From Mobula hypostoma (Eukaryota), in NCBI RefSeq assembly GCF_963921235.1, contig NC_086109.1, positions 6,140,001-6,204,000 on the forward strand: a DNA stretch of 64,000 nucleotides, in the 5' to 3' direction. The notes below the pieces were generated by a model that saw only the letters and a program-made list of their open reading frames with translations, was not told the DNA's origin and ran no database searches. Positions 13,261 to 23,784 of this stretch are shown one piece after another. The stretch's first letter is position 1; the number at the start of each line of letters is the position of its first letter. The position numbers and the translations under genes were made by a program.

Positions 13261-14149
13261 GAAGTGAGTAAGCGATTAGCTTTATTTGTCACATGTACAG
13301 CAAAACATAGAGTGAAAGGTGTCATTTGTGTCAAATCAAATCAGCGAGGATTGTGCTGGGCAGCCCGTAAGTGTTGCCATGGTTCCGGTGCCAACATGGC
13401 CTGCCCACAACTCACTAACCCTAACCATACGTCTTTAAAACGTGTGAGGAAACCGCAGTACTCGGAAGAAAGCCACGCAGTTACGGGGAGAATATACAAG
13501 ATCATTTCAGGTAACAGCAGAAATTGAATCATGATTGGAGATAACTGGCACTGTAAAGCCATGCGCTAACCACTACACTACTGTATCACTCAACTATTTA
13601 TTACTATATATTCTTATTGCAATTTATAATTTTTATGTATTGCACTGAACTGCTACCATAAAATAACAAGTTTCATGATGCATATCAGTGCTGATAAACC
13701 CGACTCCTATTACACAGACACACCCATGTCTTTAATGTGTGTGTGCAGATTTCGTTCCAACCAGGTCTATCTACACAAGCAGCTGGGGTGGGAGACATTA
13801 AGCGAAATTTGCCCTGAGATTCTTTCATTTCGCCTCCTCATGAAGTTTGGAATCATTTAGAATGACCCCACCTTTCATCGCTTTCATTCCCTTTATCTAC
13901 AATGGAGGATCAGATATTGATTTACGTCAGCAGACTGATTAATTTGGTATCGAAGTCAACAACCTTGGACTCTGCTGTAATGAGATGATGATAGGAGTGC
14001 GCTGCAATCATGACAAGCTTGCTTCACTGCTTTAGCTACTGAAAGCATCTGAACTTCAGTCCCAGTCAGCGGGTTTTAATTTATTCTCCAAATCATGTCC
14101 TTCATCCCTGAGGTCAATGTTAGAATCAGAATCAGATTTAATATCACCA

Positions 14150-14480
14150 GTGGCACAGTAGCAAAGTGGTTAGCGCAACGCTTTACAGAACAGGTGACCC
14201 AGGTTCAATTCCTGTTGCTGCTTGTATAAGGAGTTTGCACGTTCTCCCTGTAGCCGCGTAGAATTTCCCTGGGTGTTCCAAATTCCCCCCCACAGTCCAA
14301 AGACATGCTGGTTGGCAGGTTAATTGGTCATTGTAAATCGTCCCGTGACTAGGCTACTGGTTGGTAGTTTAAGTGTTCATTGTAAATGATGTTGTGATTA
14401 GGCTAGGGTTAAATCTGGGGATTGCTGGGCAGCACAGCTCGAAAGGCTGTAGGGCCCATTCCCTCAATGAATAAATACGC
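14150..14480 (+). mobile_element. tRNA-derived V-domain SINE
   Basis: A/B-box-like head (tagcaaagtggttagc...ggttcaattcc) followed by the V-domain (ggagtttgcacgttctccctg...cagtccaaagacatgc). Confidence 0.75.
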
Positions 14481-14559
14481 TGTGAAATTTGTTGTTTCTC
14501 ATTAGCGAGTGGACATTGAAAGTGCACGGCCCCGTGAGTTAGTATTGAGAACATAAGTT

Positions 14560-15100
14560 TAAAGCTTTCATTAGAACTGGAAGAGAGAGTAGTGGATACA
14601 AGCCCAGTCCGTCATGGGCAAGACCCTCCTCTCCATTGAGCACATTTACATGGAACGCTGCCACAAGAAAGCAGCAACCATCATCAAAATCCCCACCATC
14701 CAAGCCATGCTCTCTTCTTGCTACTACCAATGGGCAGGAGGAACAGAAGCCTAAGGTCCTATGCCACCAGGTTCAGGAACTGTGATTACCTTACAACCAT
14801 CAGTCTCCCGAACCAGCATGGATAACCTCACTCACCTCAACACTGAACTGATTCCACAACCTGCAGACTCACTTTCAATAACTCTGCAACTCATGTTCTC
14901 AGTATTATTTCTTTATTTATTTTGCACAATTTGTCTTGTTTTGCACATTGGTTGTTAAGTCTTCGTTTATGCATAGTTTTTCATAAATTCTATTGTATTT
15001 CTTTATTTTCATGTAAATGCCTGCAAGAAAATAGATCACAGGGTAGTATATGGTGACATTTTGTATAAGTACAGTGCTTCGATAATAGATTTACTGTGAC
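14560..15100 (+). mobile_element. Rex1-like LINE 3' fragment
   Basis: Homologous to the other Rex1-like 3' ends here (PHHPSHALFLLLP...TRFRN-like), followed by a 3' UTR. Confidence 0.6.
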
Positions 15101-15218
15101 TTTGAGTTTGAGAACATTGAAAGGAAGTTCAAAAAGAAAGATGCCTCCATAAATATTCCTAAATGGAGGGAAAATGGACAAAATTATTAACATAATCCTC
15201 CAAAAGCATCCCATCCTT

Positions 15219-15522
15219 GTCACTGGTTTTGGAGGCTTACGTGCCTCAACGACCCACAGTCTATACTGGCTGGAGTCAGGGCTTCAGGTTTTGGCTCTTG
15301 GTAGGGTCACCAAACAGATCAAAGGGTAGAGGCTAGACTAAGAGTGGCCACCAGTTTTCCAGGTTTGGGGGCTCAGCTCAGGGCTAACAACCCTGATTGG
15401 TAAAACAAAACTGTTACAGAAACGGCAATGAAGAATCTATATCTCTGTAGCCAAGGGCAGAGAGAGGTGGAGGACCTTCCTTGTTGCCCTAACCGGCAGC
15501 AGGCATAACAGGCAGTAAGTAA
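15219..15522 (+). mobile_element. Short non-autonomous element, probably RTE-derived
   Basis: RTE-5'UTR-like segment (ctcttggtagggtcacc...gggctaacaaccctg) joined to a 3' end reading ggcagtaagtaa. Confidence 0.45.
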
Positions 15523-15884
15523 TTAACATAATAGAACAGACAAGAACTAAAGCTTTCATTTTTATTACCTTTCACTCCTTCAGCACACCTCCAAGAGGCT
15601 TTAGATCCACAGTGAAGTGTAGGCACTTGCTAGCATGGTAAACACTGGCTGGGACACTGAGAAAATCTCAGCTTTCTTGAAATGAACTTCAGATGCAAGG
15701 CAGGAGAGATGGTGGGAAAGAAAAGAATAAACCTGAGATATTGAAGACAGTGAATATGCTGTAATAAGAGAGGCAGCCGAGGTACAGACTTCCTTTCCAT
15801 TCTGATGAGATATTCAGACCCCAGAAATACTCACGCAGTTGTTCAACATCAGCTGCACCTTTGACCAAGCCAACTTTATGAGAG

Positions 15885-16001
15885 GATCACAAAGAAACAA
15901 TTATGAGAAGACATCAGGGTATACTTGTGATCACAAAGAAACAATTATGAGAAGACATCAGGGTATACTTGTGATCACAAAGAAACAATTATAAGAAGAC
16001 A
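15885..16001. repeat. 44-bp tandem repeat, about 2.6 copies
   Basis: GATCACAAAGAAACAATTAT starts at 15885, 15929 and 15973. Confidence 0.9.
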
Positions 16002-16484
16002 TATTAAGAAGAAGGGAAGAAGGTAACCAACATTATGAGAAGTCATATTAAGAAGGATATTGTGATCACAATGAAACAATTCTGCTCCATGTTGCAAGTA
16101 ACTTCTGCTTTACCTGTGCTTAGTTATAGTTTGATGTCTCCTCTCTGGTACTTTTAAAATGAGTTTCAATGCCTTTATTTTTCTTTCATGGTCCGGCACA
16201 TTGGCTCCCGGGTCTGTGACCTGTCTTGATGAAGGGTCTCAGCCAAAGCGTTGACTGTTTATTCCCGTCCGTAGATGCTGCCTGACCTGTGAGCGTATTG
16301 CTCTAGATTTCCAGCAGCTGCAGGACCTCTTGTGCCTAAGCCATTGGTAGATCCTACCAATGCCCTGGCATTGCCCTTGCAGAACCTCAATGCATCTGAT
16401 TTGTGTCTTTTGCTTCCCTTGCACATTCAATCTGTTCTCAAGATCATTTTAAAGTTGCAAGTTCAGATTGGCTAACTAGACTTA

Positions 16485-17015
16485 CATAGAAACACAGAAA
16501 ACATACAGCACAATACAGGCCCTTTGGCCCACAAAGCTGTGCCGAACATGTCCCTTCCTTAGAACTAACTAGGTTTTACCCATAGCCCTCTATTTTTCTA
16601 AGCTCCATGTAGCCATCCAGGAGTCTCTTAAAAGACCCTATCGTATCCGCCTCCACCACCGTCACCGGCAGCCCATTCCACACACTCACCATTCCCTGCG
16701 TAAAAAACTTACCCCTGACATCTCCTCTGTACCTACTTCCAAGCACCTTAAATCTATGCCCTCTCGTGCTAGCCAATTCAGCCCTGGGGAAAAGCCTCTG
16801 ACTAACCATGTGATCAATGCCTCTCATTATCTTGTACACCTCTGTCAGGTCACCTCTCATCCTCCGTCGCTCCAAGGAGAAAAGGCTGAGTTCACTCAAC
16901 CTATTCTAATGAGGCATGCTCCCCAATCCAGGCAACATCCTTGTAAATCTCCTCTGCACCCTTTCTATGGTTTCCACGTCCTTCCTATAGTGAGGCGACC
17001 AGAACTGAGCACAGT
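16485..17015 (-). mobile_element. CR1 LINE 3' fragment
   Basis: Minus ORF 16576-16899 reads LFSLERRRMRGDL...TRGHRFKV...FKRLLD, followed by a (TTTCTATG)-type tail. Confidence 0.9.
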
Positions 17016-17180
17016 GAGAGCTAGGAGCTAGTTATTGTGCAACATAGTGACCTCCATATCAACACCGGCTCAGTGGTGACATTTTCCTCTTCGGTCAGCA
17101 GGTTGTCAGTTCAAGTCCCACACTCCACCTTCAGAGTGGCCTTTAAGGAGTTGCACTGTCAGCCATATCTGGATTGGATA

Positions 17181-18017
17181 TGTTACGAGAATACACATAA
17201 AATTAAGATGTTTGCTGGCCTGGGCTAGCATCAGTGGCATCAGCAGTTGGTCTGCCACCTGCCCTCAGGGGAAGGAGAGATAAGGAACAATGGAGCAGCG
17301 TCTGGAGATGTGTAATGAAGGGATGTGGGAGGAAGAGCTGTCTGGAGCGGCTCCCCCCTTTGAGCCCTGAACTGTTTGAAGTGATGGACAGGCGATACCC
17401 CAGCAGGGGGATAAAAAGGGACAGGTTCGCTAAGACAGACACACGCCACCCGAGGTAACGAGACCCTGGAAGCGGTGCGCTTCTCACGAGTGGGTGAGAA
17501 GTCCCAGACAACGACCAGGGTGGAAAGGTACGATCAGCGGGAACCCGGTGTGTGTCCGCCCTTGCCTGGGTGCCGGGTTCACTGCAGAGGATCGACCGCA
17601 TCTGGAGGAGGGGTCACAGTCGGTGACCTCAGGTGACATCACCAAGGACCCGCTCAAAAAGCTGGTTGTGAGCCATCCCGCTGGTCTGTGAGTGAAGCTG
17701 TGCTGAATGATGAGTTGTTCTCTCCGTCTCTCTTCCCCCACCTTGTCCATCGCCATGGCAACGATTACTGCGACCTGAACTTTGAGTCAGTTTGAAATTG
17801 GTCATTTACCCCTAGACAACGATAGAGCTTGATTGATGCTGTTATCTTAATTCTGTGCACATGTGTGGTTATCATTGTTGAATTGTTGCATTTATTATCC
17901 TTTCGATTACTGTGTTACTTGTTTCTTTAATAAAACTTTCTTAGTTCTAGTACTCCAGACTCCAACTGAGTGATCCATTTCTGCTGGTTTGGCAACCCAG
18001 TTACGGGGTACGTAACA
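17181..18017 (+). repeat. 5' LTR
   Basis: TG...CA ends with 7-bp terminal inverted repeats, TATA-like GATAAAA at about 17410, AATAAA at 17929-17934. Direct repeat of 21183-22019. Confidence 0.97.
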
Positions 18018-18021
18018 TAAG

Positions 18022-18039
18022 TGGGGGCTCGTCCGGGAT
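18022..18039 (+). promoter_or_regulatory. Primer-binding site complementary to the tRNA-Pro 3' end
   Basis: TGGGGGCTCGTCCGGGAT, 4 nt downstream of the 5' LTR. Confidence 0.92.
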
Positions 18040-18115
18040 TTTGAACGCTAAATTTGGGACGGAGTAAATTGATTGGGTTAAAATTCCCGAAAGAAAGAAA
18101 AGACAAACAGCAGAA

Positions 18116-21010
18116 ATGGAGGTTGAGGAATTTATAAAGGCGCCGACCTTGGAGGCATTAGAGGATGCCAGGAAATCGGAATTGATAGCTGTGGCAAAAC
18201 GGGTGAATCTTGCTAAGGTGAAGTCGACAATGAGGAGAGAGGAGATACACAGAGCTATTGTAGAGCACTATGTATCTAAAGGTGTGTTTCCCCAAGGTGA
18301 GCTGGGGGAGGTGTCTATTGAAAAACCTGCTGGAGACGCGGTACAGGTACAGCTTGAAAAACTGAGACTCGAGCACGAGTTCCGGGTACGGCAGTTAGAA
18401 CACGAAGAGAAGCAGTTAGAAAGGCAGGAGAGGGAGTTAGAAAGGCGGGAGAAAGAGAGAGAGTTAGAAAGGCAGCAGAAAGAGAGAGAGTTAGAAAGGC
18501 GGGAGAGAGAGAAAGAGGTAGAAAGGCAAGAGAGAGAAAGACAGTTGGAGAGAGAGGAGAAACAGAGGGAAAGGGAATTTGAGCTGGAGAAGTTAAAGAT
18601 AAGGGCCGAGCAGGGGCTCGTGCCGAACCAAGGTGGAGGGTTCCGGGCGACCCAGGAGGTTAGGCTGGTTCCCCCATTTGACGATACCGATGTGGATCGG
18701 TACTTTCTCCACTTCGAAAAAGTAGCTATAAGTCAGGACTGGCCGAGGGATAAGTGGGTTGTTTTACTTCAGAGTGTATTGAAAGGGAAAGCCCAACAAG
18801 CTTACTCCGCTTTATCCCCGGAAGATGCCCAGAAGTATGAGGTGGTGAAGGAGGCCATCCTCAGGACTTATGAGTTGGTCCCGGAGGCATACCGGCAGAG
18901 GTTCCGGAATGCGAGGAAGCGGTGGGACCGCACGTATTTGGAGTTTGCTCGCGAGATGCAAACATATTGTGAGCGTTGGTGCGCCTCGAAAGGGGTAGAG
19001 GGGGATTATGACAGACTGCTGCAACTGGTTCTGATTGAGCAGTTTAAAGGTTGTGTCCCTGAGGGTATGAGACCCTACCTCGATGAGAAAGAGGCAGCCA
19101 CGTTAGCCGCAACTGCTAAGTTAGCGGATGAGTATGCGTTGACGCATAAAATGAAGGTTGCCCCGAGTAAAGGCTACCAGAAGGGTAGTCAGGACGGCGG
19201 GGAGAGTCCGCCGGAAAAGTCAGAAAGTAAGCCGGGGACTAGTGAAAAGGATAAGGTAGACCGGGAGCAGTCTGGTAGGAAGTCTCCTGGGGTCGTCTGT
19301 TATAATTGTGGGAAAGTCGGACACTTTGCGTCCAGGTGCTTTGCCCCAAGGAAGGAGACGGGGAAAGGAAAAGCGGAAATTTTGAATGGCTGTATCGAGC
19401 TGTTAAGCGAACCGCTAGGGAAGGACAGGTCTGAAAAAGTCCAGGAAGGGCGCGAGAGGTTTATCTCGGCCGGACTGGTGTCAGTGAAGGAGAGGTTAAA
19501 ACCAGTTCCAGTGCGGATCTGGAGAGACACGGGAGCGTGTCAGTCACTAATACTGAAGAGTGTATTAGAGTTTAGCTCAGAGACCCAGACTGGGGAGGTA
19601 GAGGTCAAAGGTGTTGGGGAAGGGACAGAGTCAGTCCCTTTGCACCAGATACATTTACAGAGCAACCTGGTCTCTGGACTAGTCACGATCGGGGTGAGGT
19701 CCGAATTACCGATGAAAGACGTGGAGGTCTTGCTCGGTAATGACATCGCCGGAGGAATCGTGTTCCCAGTCGTGAGATTGACGGGTCAGCCTGCCAGCAT
19801 GGAGGCCCCGCCCGCGATGGTGAATTTGGCTGAAACATTTCTGCCAACCTTGTATGAGACAGGGTGTAGTGAGATAAGAGGTAGTGAGGGAGCTGGGACG
19901 GACGTAGCAGTAGCCAGGAAAGAATTTGTGCAGACGCAGGAGCGAGACGAGGGGCTGATGGTTTTGGCCGAGACAGCTCTCTCTGACACAGCCTTGACAA
20001 GGGAACTAGTAGGTTATTGTGCGGATGAGGAAGTGCTAAGGAAGAAAGGGAAATCAAGTACAGCATCCGCAGATGAGGAGTGGGGGGTGGTGCAAAAGAG
20101 TTATGGGGATGAGGTTTTTAACATGGCCCACGAGGTACCCCCCGGTGGACATTTTGCGGTGCTGGAGGAAACAGTTGGTGGAATCATGAAAGAGAGTTAC
20201 CGGCTGCCCAGGGGGAAAAATGTTATTGATCATGACCGACGCGAACTGAGACGGTCACCGGCTTTTGATATGCGAACAAACCTAGTCGGTGTTAGCGTGG
20301 AAATCAATGAAGCTAGGGGCCCCCTGATAAGAGGAAAAAACCATTTTGAAAAGATTAGGATGGGATCGGTCAGATGGGAGAAGGCTATTGTTTTGGCCAG
20401 GTCTACTGATAAGGTCTCTCCCTTAATCCCCGAAGGAGTAATTAAACGACTCGCACCCATGTGTTTGATTGTCCCGAGGAAATGCAAAGAACTGGGACGT
20501 TGGGTTATGTCGGTTACAATAGGGCGGCCAAGTAAACAACACCCATATTTTTTGAGTAATTCAGTGACTAAAGGGCTGATGAACACAGAGGTGTGTATTG
20601 GCAATTTAACACGGCTGTCTGAAGCCAGCTTGATAGTGAACCTTGGAAAAAATGAATTCGGCCACGCGAATGTCACTTACCTGGGAATTGTGGTGACACA
20701 GGGGCAGCTGGCAGTGATGCAAGCTACAGTGCAGGCTATCGCTGACCTCCCAACCCCGACAGACAAGAGGGCCCTCAGAAGGCTTTTGGAGATGGTGGGG
20801 TACTGCAGGAAGTTTTGCAATAACTCTGCGGTCAATACCCGTCCCCCTCCTACTAAGCCCTTGCGAGGGAAAATTGAGTCGGAATGGGACGACCCTTGTT
20901 GTTGTGGTCCGGGACAAAACCAAATGAGAGGTTACATTGGTCGCAATTCATCAGTGTTTTTGGCCACTATGAAGTTTGCTGAGTTGGAGCCTGATCTAAG
21001 GAGTTATTAA
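18116..21010 (+). CDS. Gag (coiled coil, SCAN-like capsid, CCHC knuckle) plus aspartic protease, fused to degenerate integrase/RT/RNase H vestiges; 964 aa
   Basis: Capsid region VPEAYRQRFR...LIEQF...AKLADEY; CYNCGKVGHFASRC at 19298-19339; protease DTG at 19526-19534 with LLGND; IN zinc-finger AHEVPPGGH; RT-like KQHPY and VTYLG...RRLLEMVGYCRKF; no YxDD and no DDE core. Confidence 0.9.
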   Translation: MEVEEFIKAPTLEALEDARKSELIAVAKRVNLAKVKSTMRREEIHRAIVEHYVSKGVFPQGELGEVSIEKPAGDAVQVQLEKLRLEHEFRVRQLEHEEKQLERQERELERREKERELERQQKERELERREREKEVERQERERQLEREEKQREREFELEKLKIRAEQGLVPNQGGGFRATQEVRLVPPFDDTDVDRYFLHFEKVAISQDWPRDKWVVLLQSVLKGKAQQAYSALSPEDAQKYEVVKEAILRTYELVPEAYRQRFRNARKRWDRTYLEFAREMQTYCERWCASKGVEGDYDRLLQLVLIEQFKGCVPEGMRPYLDEKEAATLAATAKLADEYALTHKMKVAPSKGYQKGSQDGGESPPEKSESKPGTSEKDKVDREQSGRKSPGVVCYNCGKVGHFASRCFAPRKETGKGKAEILNGCIELLSEPLGKDRSEKVQEGRERFISAGLVSVKERLKPVPVRIWRDTGACQSLILKSVLEFSSETQTGEVEVKGVGEGTESVPLHQIHLQSNLVSGLVTIGVRSELPMKDVEVLLGNDIAGGIVFPVVRLTGQPASMEAPPAMVNLAETFLPTLYETGCSEIRGSEGAGTDVAVARKEFVQTQERDEGLMVLAETALSDTALTRELVGYCADEEVLRKKGKSSTASADEEWGVVQKSYGDEVFNMAHEVPPGGHFAVLEETVGGIMKESYRLPRGKNVIDHDRRELRRSPAFDMRTNLVGVSVEINEARGPLIRGKNHFEKIRMGSVRWEKAIVLARSTDKVSPLIPEGVIKRLAPMCLIVPRKCKELGRWVMSVTIGRPSKQHPYFLSNSVTKGLMNTEVCIGNLTRLSEASLIVNLGKNEFGHANVTYLGIVVTQGQLAVMQATVQAIADLPTPTDKRALRRLLEMVGYCRKFCNNSAVNTRPPPTKPLRGKIESEWDDPCCCGPGQNQMRGYIGRNSSVFLATMKFAELEPDLRSY

Positions 21011-21170
21011 TAACACGTGTAAAAGGAACAGAAAATGTGATGACTGTCTGTCAAGGTGTTGACAGCTTCAAATTCTCTGTATTAGCTAAATAACTGTTAA
21101 AGATGTATATTGTGTATGTATCAGATAATGTAGTCATGTTTGTAATTTTTACCTCCCGGTAAAAATCCTT

Positions 21171-21182
21171 AAAGGGGGGAAG
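21171..21182 (+). promoter_or_regulatory. Polypurine tract
   Basis: AAAGGGGGGAAG immediately before the 3' LTR. Confidence 0.9.
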
Positions 21183-22019
21183 TGTTACGAGAATACACAT
21201 AAAATTAAGATGTTTGCTGGCCTGGGCTAGCATCAGTGGCATCAGCAGTTGGTCTGCCACCTGCCCTCAGGGGAAGGAGAGATAAGGAACAATGGAGCAG
21301 CGTCTGGAGATGTGTAATGAAGGGATGTGGGAGGAAGAGCTGTCTGGAGCGGCTCCCCCCTTTGAGCCCTGAACTGTTTGAAGTGATGGACAGGCGATAC
21401 CCCAGCAGGGGGATAAAAAGGGACAGGTTCGCTAAGACAGACACACGCCACCCGAGGTAACGAGACCCTGGAAGCGGTGCGCTTCTCACGAGTGGGTGAG
21501 AAGTCCCAGACAACGACCAGGGTGGAAAGGTACGATCAGCGGGAACCCGGTGTGTGTCCGCCCTTGCCTGGGTGCCGGGTTCACTGCAGAGGATCGACCG
21601 CATCTGGAGGAGGGGTCACAGTCGGTGACCTCAGGTGACATCACCAAGGACCCGCTCAAAAAGCTGGTTGTGAGCCATCCCGCTGGTCTGTGAGTGAAGC
21701 TGTGCTGAATGATGAGTTGTTCTCTCCGTCTCTCTTCCCCCACCTTGTCCATCGCCATGGCAACGATTACTGCGACCTGAACTTTGAGTCAGTTTGAAAT
21801 TGGTCATTTACCCCTAGACAACGATAGAGCTTGATTGATGCTGTTATCTTAATTCTGTGCACATGTGTGGTTATCATTGTTGAATTGTTGCATTTATTAT
21901 CCTTTCGATTACTGTGTTACTTGTTTCTTTAATAAAACTTTCTTAGTTCTAGTACTCCAGACTCCAACTGAGTGATCCATTTCTGCTGGTTTGGCAACCC
22001 AGTTACGGGGTACGTAACA
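21183..22019 (+). repeat. 3' LTR
   Basis: Same length as the 5' LTR (offset 4002); the LTR-internal ORFs in the track translate identically. Confidence 0.97.
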
Positions 22020-22026
22020 GATATAA

Positions 22027-22775
22027 CAGGGGTCCCCAACCTTTTTTGCACCACGGACCGGTTTAATATTGACAATATTCTTGCGGACCGGCCGACCGGG
22101 GTGGGGGCGGGGGGTTGTTCAAGTAGGGTTAAGCTCACCTCAACATGTCTTTTACTGTTAGGGTTGCCAACTTTCTCACTCCCAAATAAGGGACAAAAGT
22201 AGCAGTCAAATCCCGGGACACTTTACCCCAAAAGACTACCATGACCATAAAGCCTTGCACGAGCCCCTGTGTGCGCATGCGTGATGTGCAGATATGATGT
22301 GCGCATGTGGGTACGTGCCGATTTTTTTTCTCCCACAAATCAGTTCTGCCTTCGTCTTCCCCACTAGACTGTACGTACATTATTTCTACTTTATATAGGC
22401 TGTGAATTTATCATATCATTCCTGTTTTCACTATATGTTAGTGCTATTTTAGGTTTTATGTGTTATTTGGTATGATTTGGATTGTCCCATATAAATTAAT
22501 GGTAATTGCTTCTTCGCTTCACGCCATTTCGGCACGTAAGGTTTCATAGGAACGTTCTACCTTAGCGGGGGAAATACGGGACAAGGGAAGTCCCGTATGG
22601 GACAAACCAATTTAGCCCAATATACGAGATGTCCTGGCAAATACGGGACAGTTGGCAACCTTATGTTCAAGTTCAACAGTGCGTGACAGGGAATGAGGAA
22701 AGGTGCAGCTGACTCATATCGTTTCCTCGCGGCCCGGTAGCACATGCTTTGCGGCCCGGTGGTTGGGGACCGCTG
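22027..22775. mobile_element. Non-autonomous hAT (Charlie/MER1-like) DNA transposon with an internal second TIR pair
   Basis: TIRs CAGGGGTCCCCAAC / GTTGGGGACCGCTG and 8-bp TSD GGATATAA (right copy 22776-22783). Internal TAGGGTTGCCAAC (22159) / GTTGGCAACCTTA (to 22663). Confidence 0.85.
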
Positions 22776-23354
22776 GGATATAACATCAAAGCTATGCTGA
22801 ATCTTCCAGGTGGACACTCTATTATGTATAGTACAATGACCAGATCCCTCCATTTCCTCAACATTCAGGTGCATATCTAAGGGCCTCTTGAACTCCCCTG
22901 TTGTATTTCTCTTCATAATACTCCTGTTCTTCTTAGTGTTCTCTTAGTGCTTTCCTCCCTCATTCCAGAGACATACAGGTTATAATTAGTATACCAGGCT
23001 ATCTTGGCGCCAGAAGTGTGGCAACATTTGTGTGCTGCCCAGCACAATCGTCACTGATTTAATGCAAACAATGCATTTCACTGTCTGTTTCAATGTACAT
23101 GTGACCAACAAAGCTGAGTCTTCCAGGTGAACATAATACTGTTCAGATTAATTCTGCCATAGGATATTGCAGGTGCCTGTCATTAAAGCAGATTATCACG
23201 CAATGTTTTTATCTTGTATTGGGATCTTGTGCATGAATTTGCTGCCACGTTTCTGATGTTATATCAGTGAGTGCACTTCAGAAGAACTTCATTGCAACAC
23301 CTCAGTTGTTCTAGATAAAAGGGATTGTGTATTAAAAGGGTTCAGTGTGGCCAG

Positions 23355-23710
23355 TGGTGGTGGGGTGGAGATACGTCTCTACCAAAGGAGGTGTAACGTG
23401 CTCCTTCCCTCCGCTAGCCGGCGGGTCACCCTTGGGTGAGGTGTAGCACCTGCTTGGTCCCCTGATCAGGGTCATGTGAAGCCACAGGAACAGGTCGTAT
23501 GAGCAGCTGGTGCATATCACGAGTCCTGGTTATGCAACCACAGACACCAGTCAATTTCTGAAGAGTAATCTGGGGTCACCCGTCTTGTAAAGACACTGCC
23601 CAGAAGGAGGAAATGGCAAACCACTTCTGCAGAAAAACTTGACGAGAACAATGAAGGTTATGGAAAGACCATGATCACCCATGTCATGCGACACAGCACA
23701 TAACGACATA
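23355..23710 (+). mobile_element. About 360-bp SINE-like repeat with an RTE/BovB-like 3' end (copy 1 of 3)
   Basis: Colinear with 29325-29695 and 41087-41460; the 3' part contains gaaggaggaaatggcaaaccact. Confidence 0.7.
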
Positions 23711-23784
23711 GACAGGAAGAAGAATGAAGTCCTGAAGTGTGAAGTTTCAGGAACTAGGCTGAAGGCTGAAGAACAGAACCTCAA

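Larger units (their letters stand above)
17181..22019 (+). mobile_element. Full-length non-autonomous Gmr1-like Ty3/gypsy LTR retrotransposon
   Basis: Two 837-bp LTRs (TGTTACG...CGTAACA), 4-bp TSD GATA (17177-17180 and 22020-22023), PBS, PPT, and a single gag-pro-(degenerate IN-RT-RH) ORF. Confidence 0.95.

Noticed and set aside
14150..14225. tRNA gene
   Set aside because: The A/B-box-like head continues directly into a SINE body and does not form a convincing cloverleaf.
18116..21010. Domesticated host gene derived from Gag
   Set aside because: It is still flanked by apparently identical LTRs, PBS, PPT and a TSD, which indicates a recent insertion.
17181..22019. Endogenous gammaretrovirus, suggested by the MLV-type PBS-Pro
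   Set aside because: Gag, protease and RT vestiges are gypsy/Gmr1-like with IN before RT, and only about 170 bp separate the ORF from the 3' LTR, leaving no room for env.
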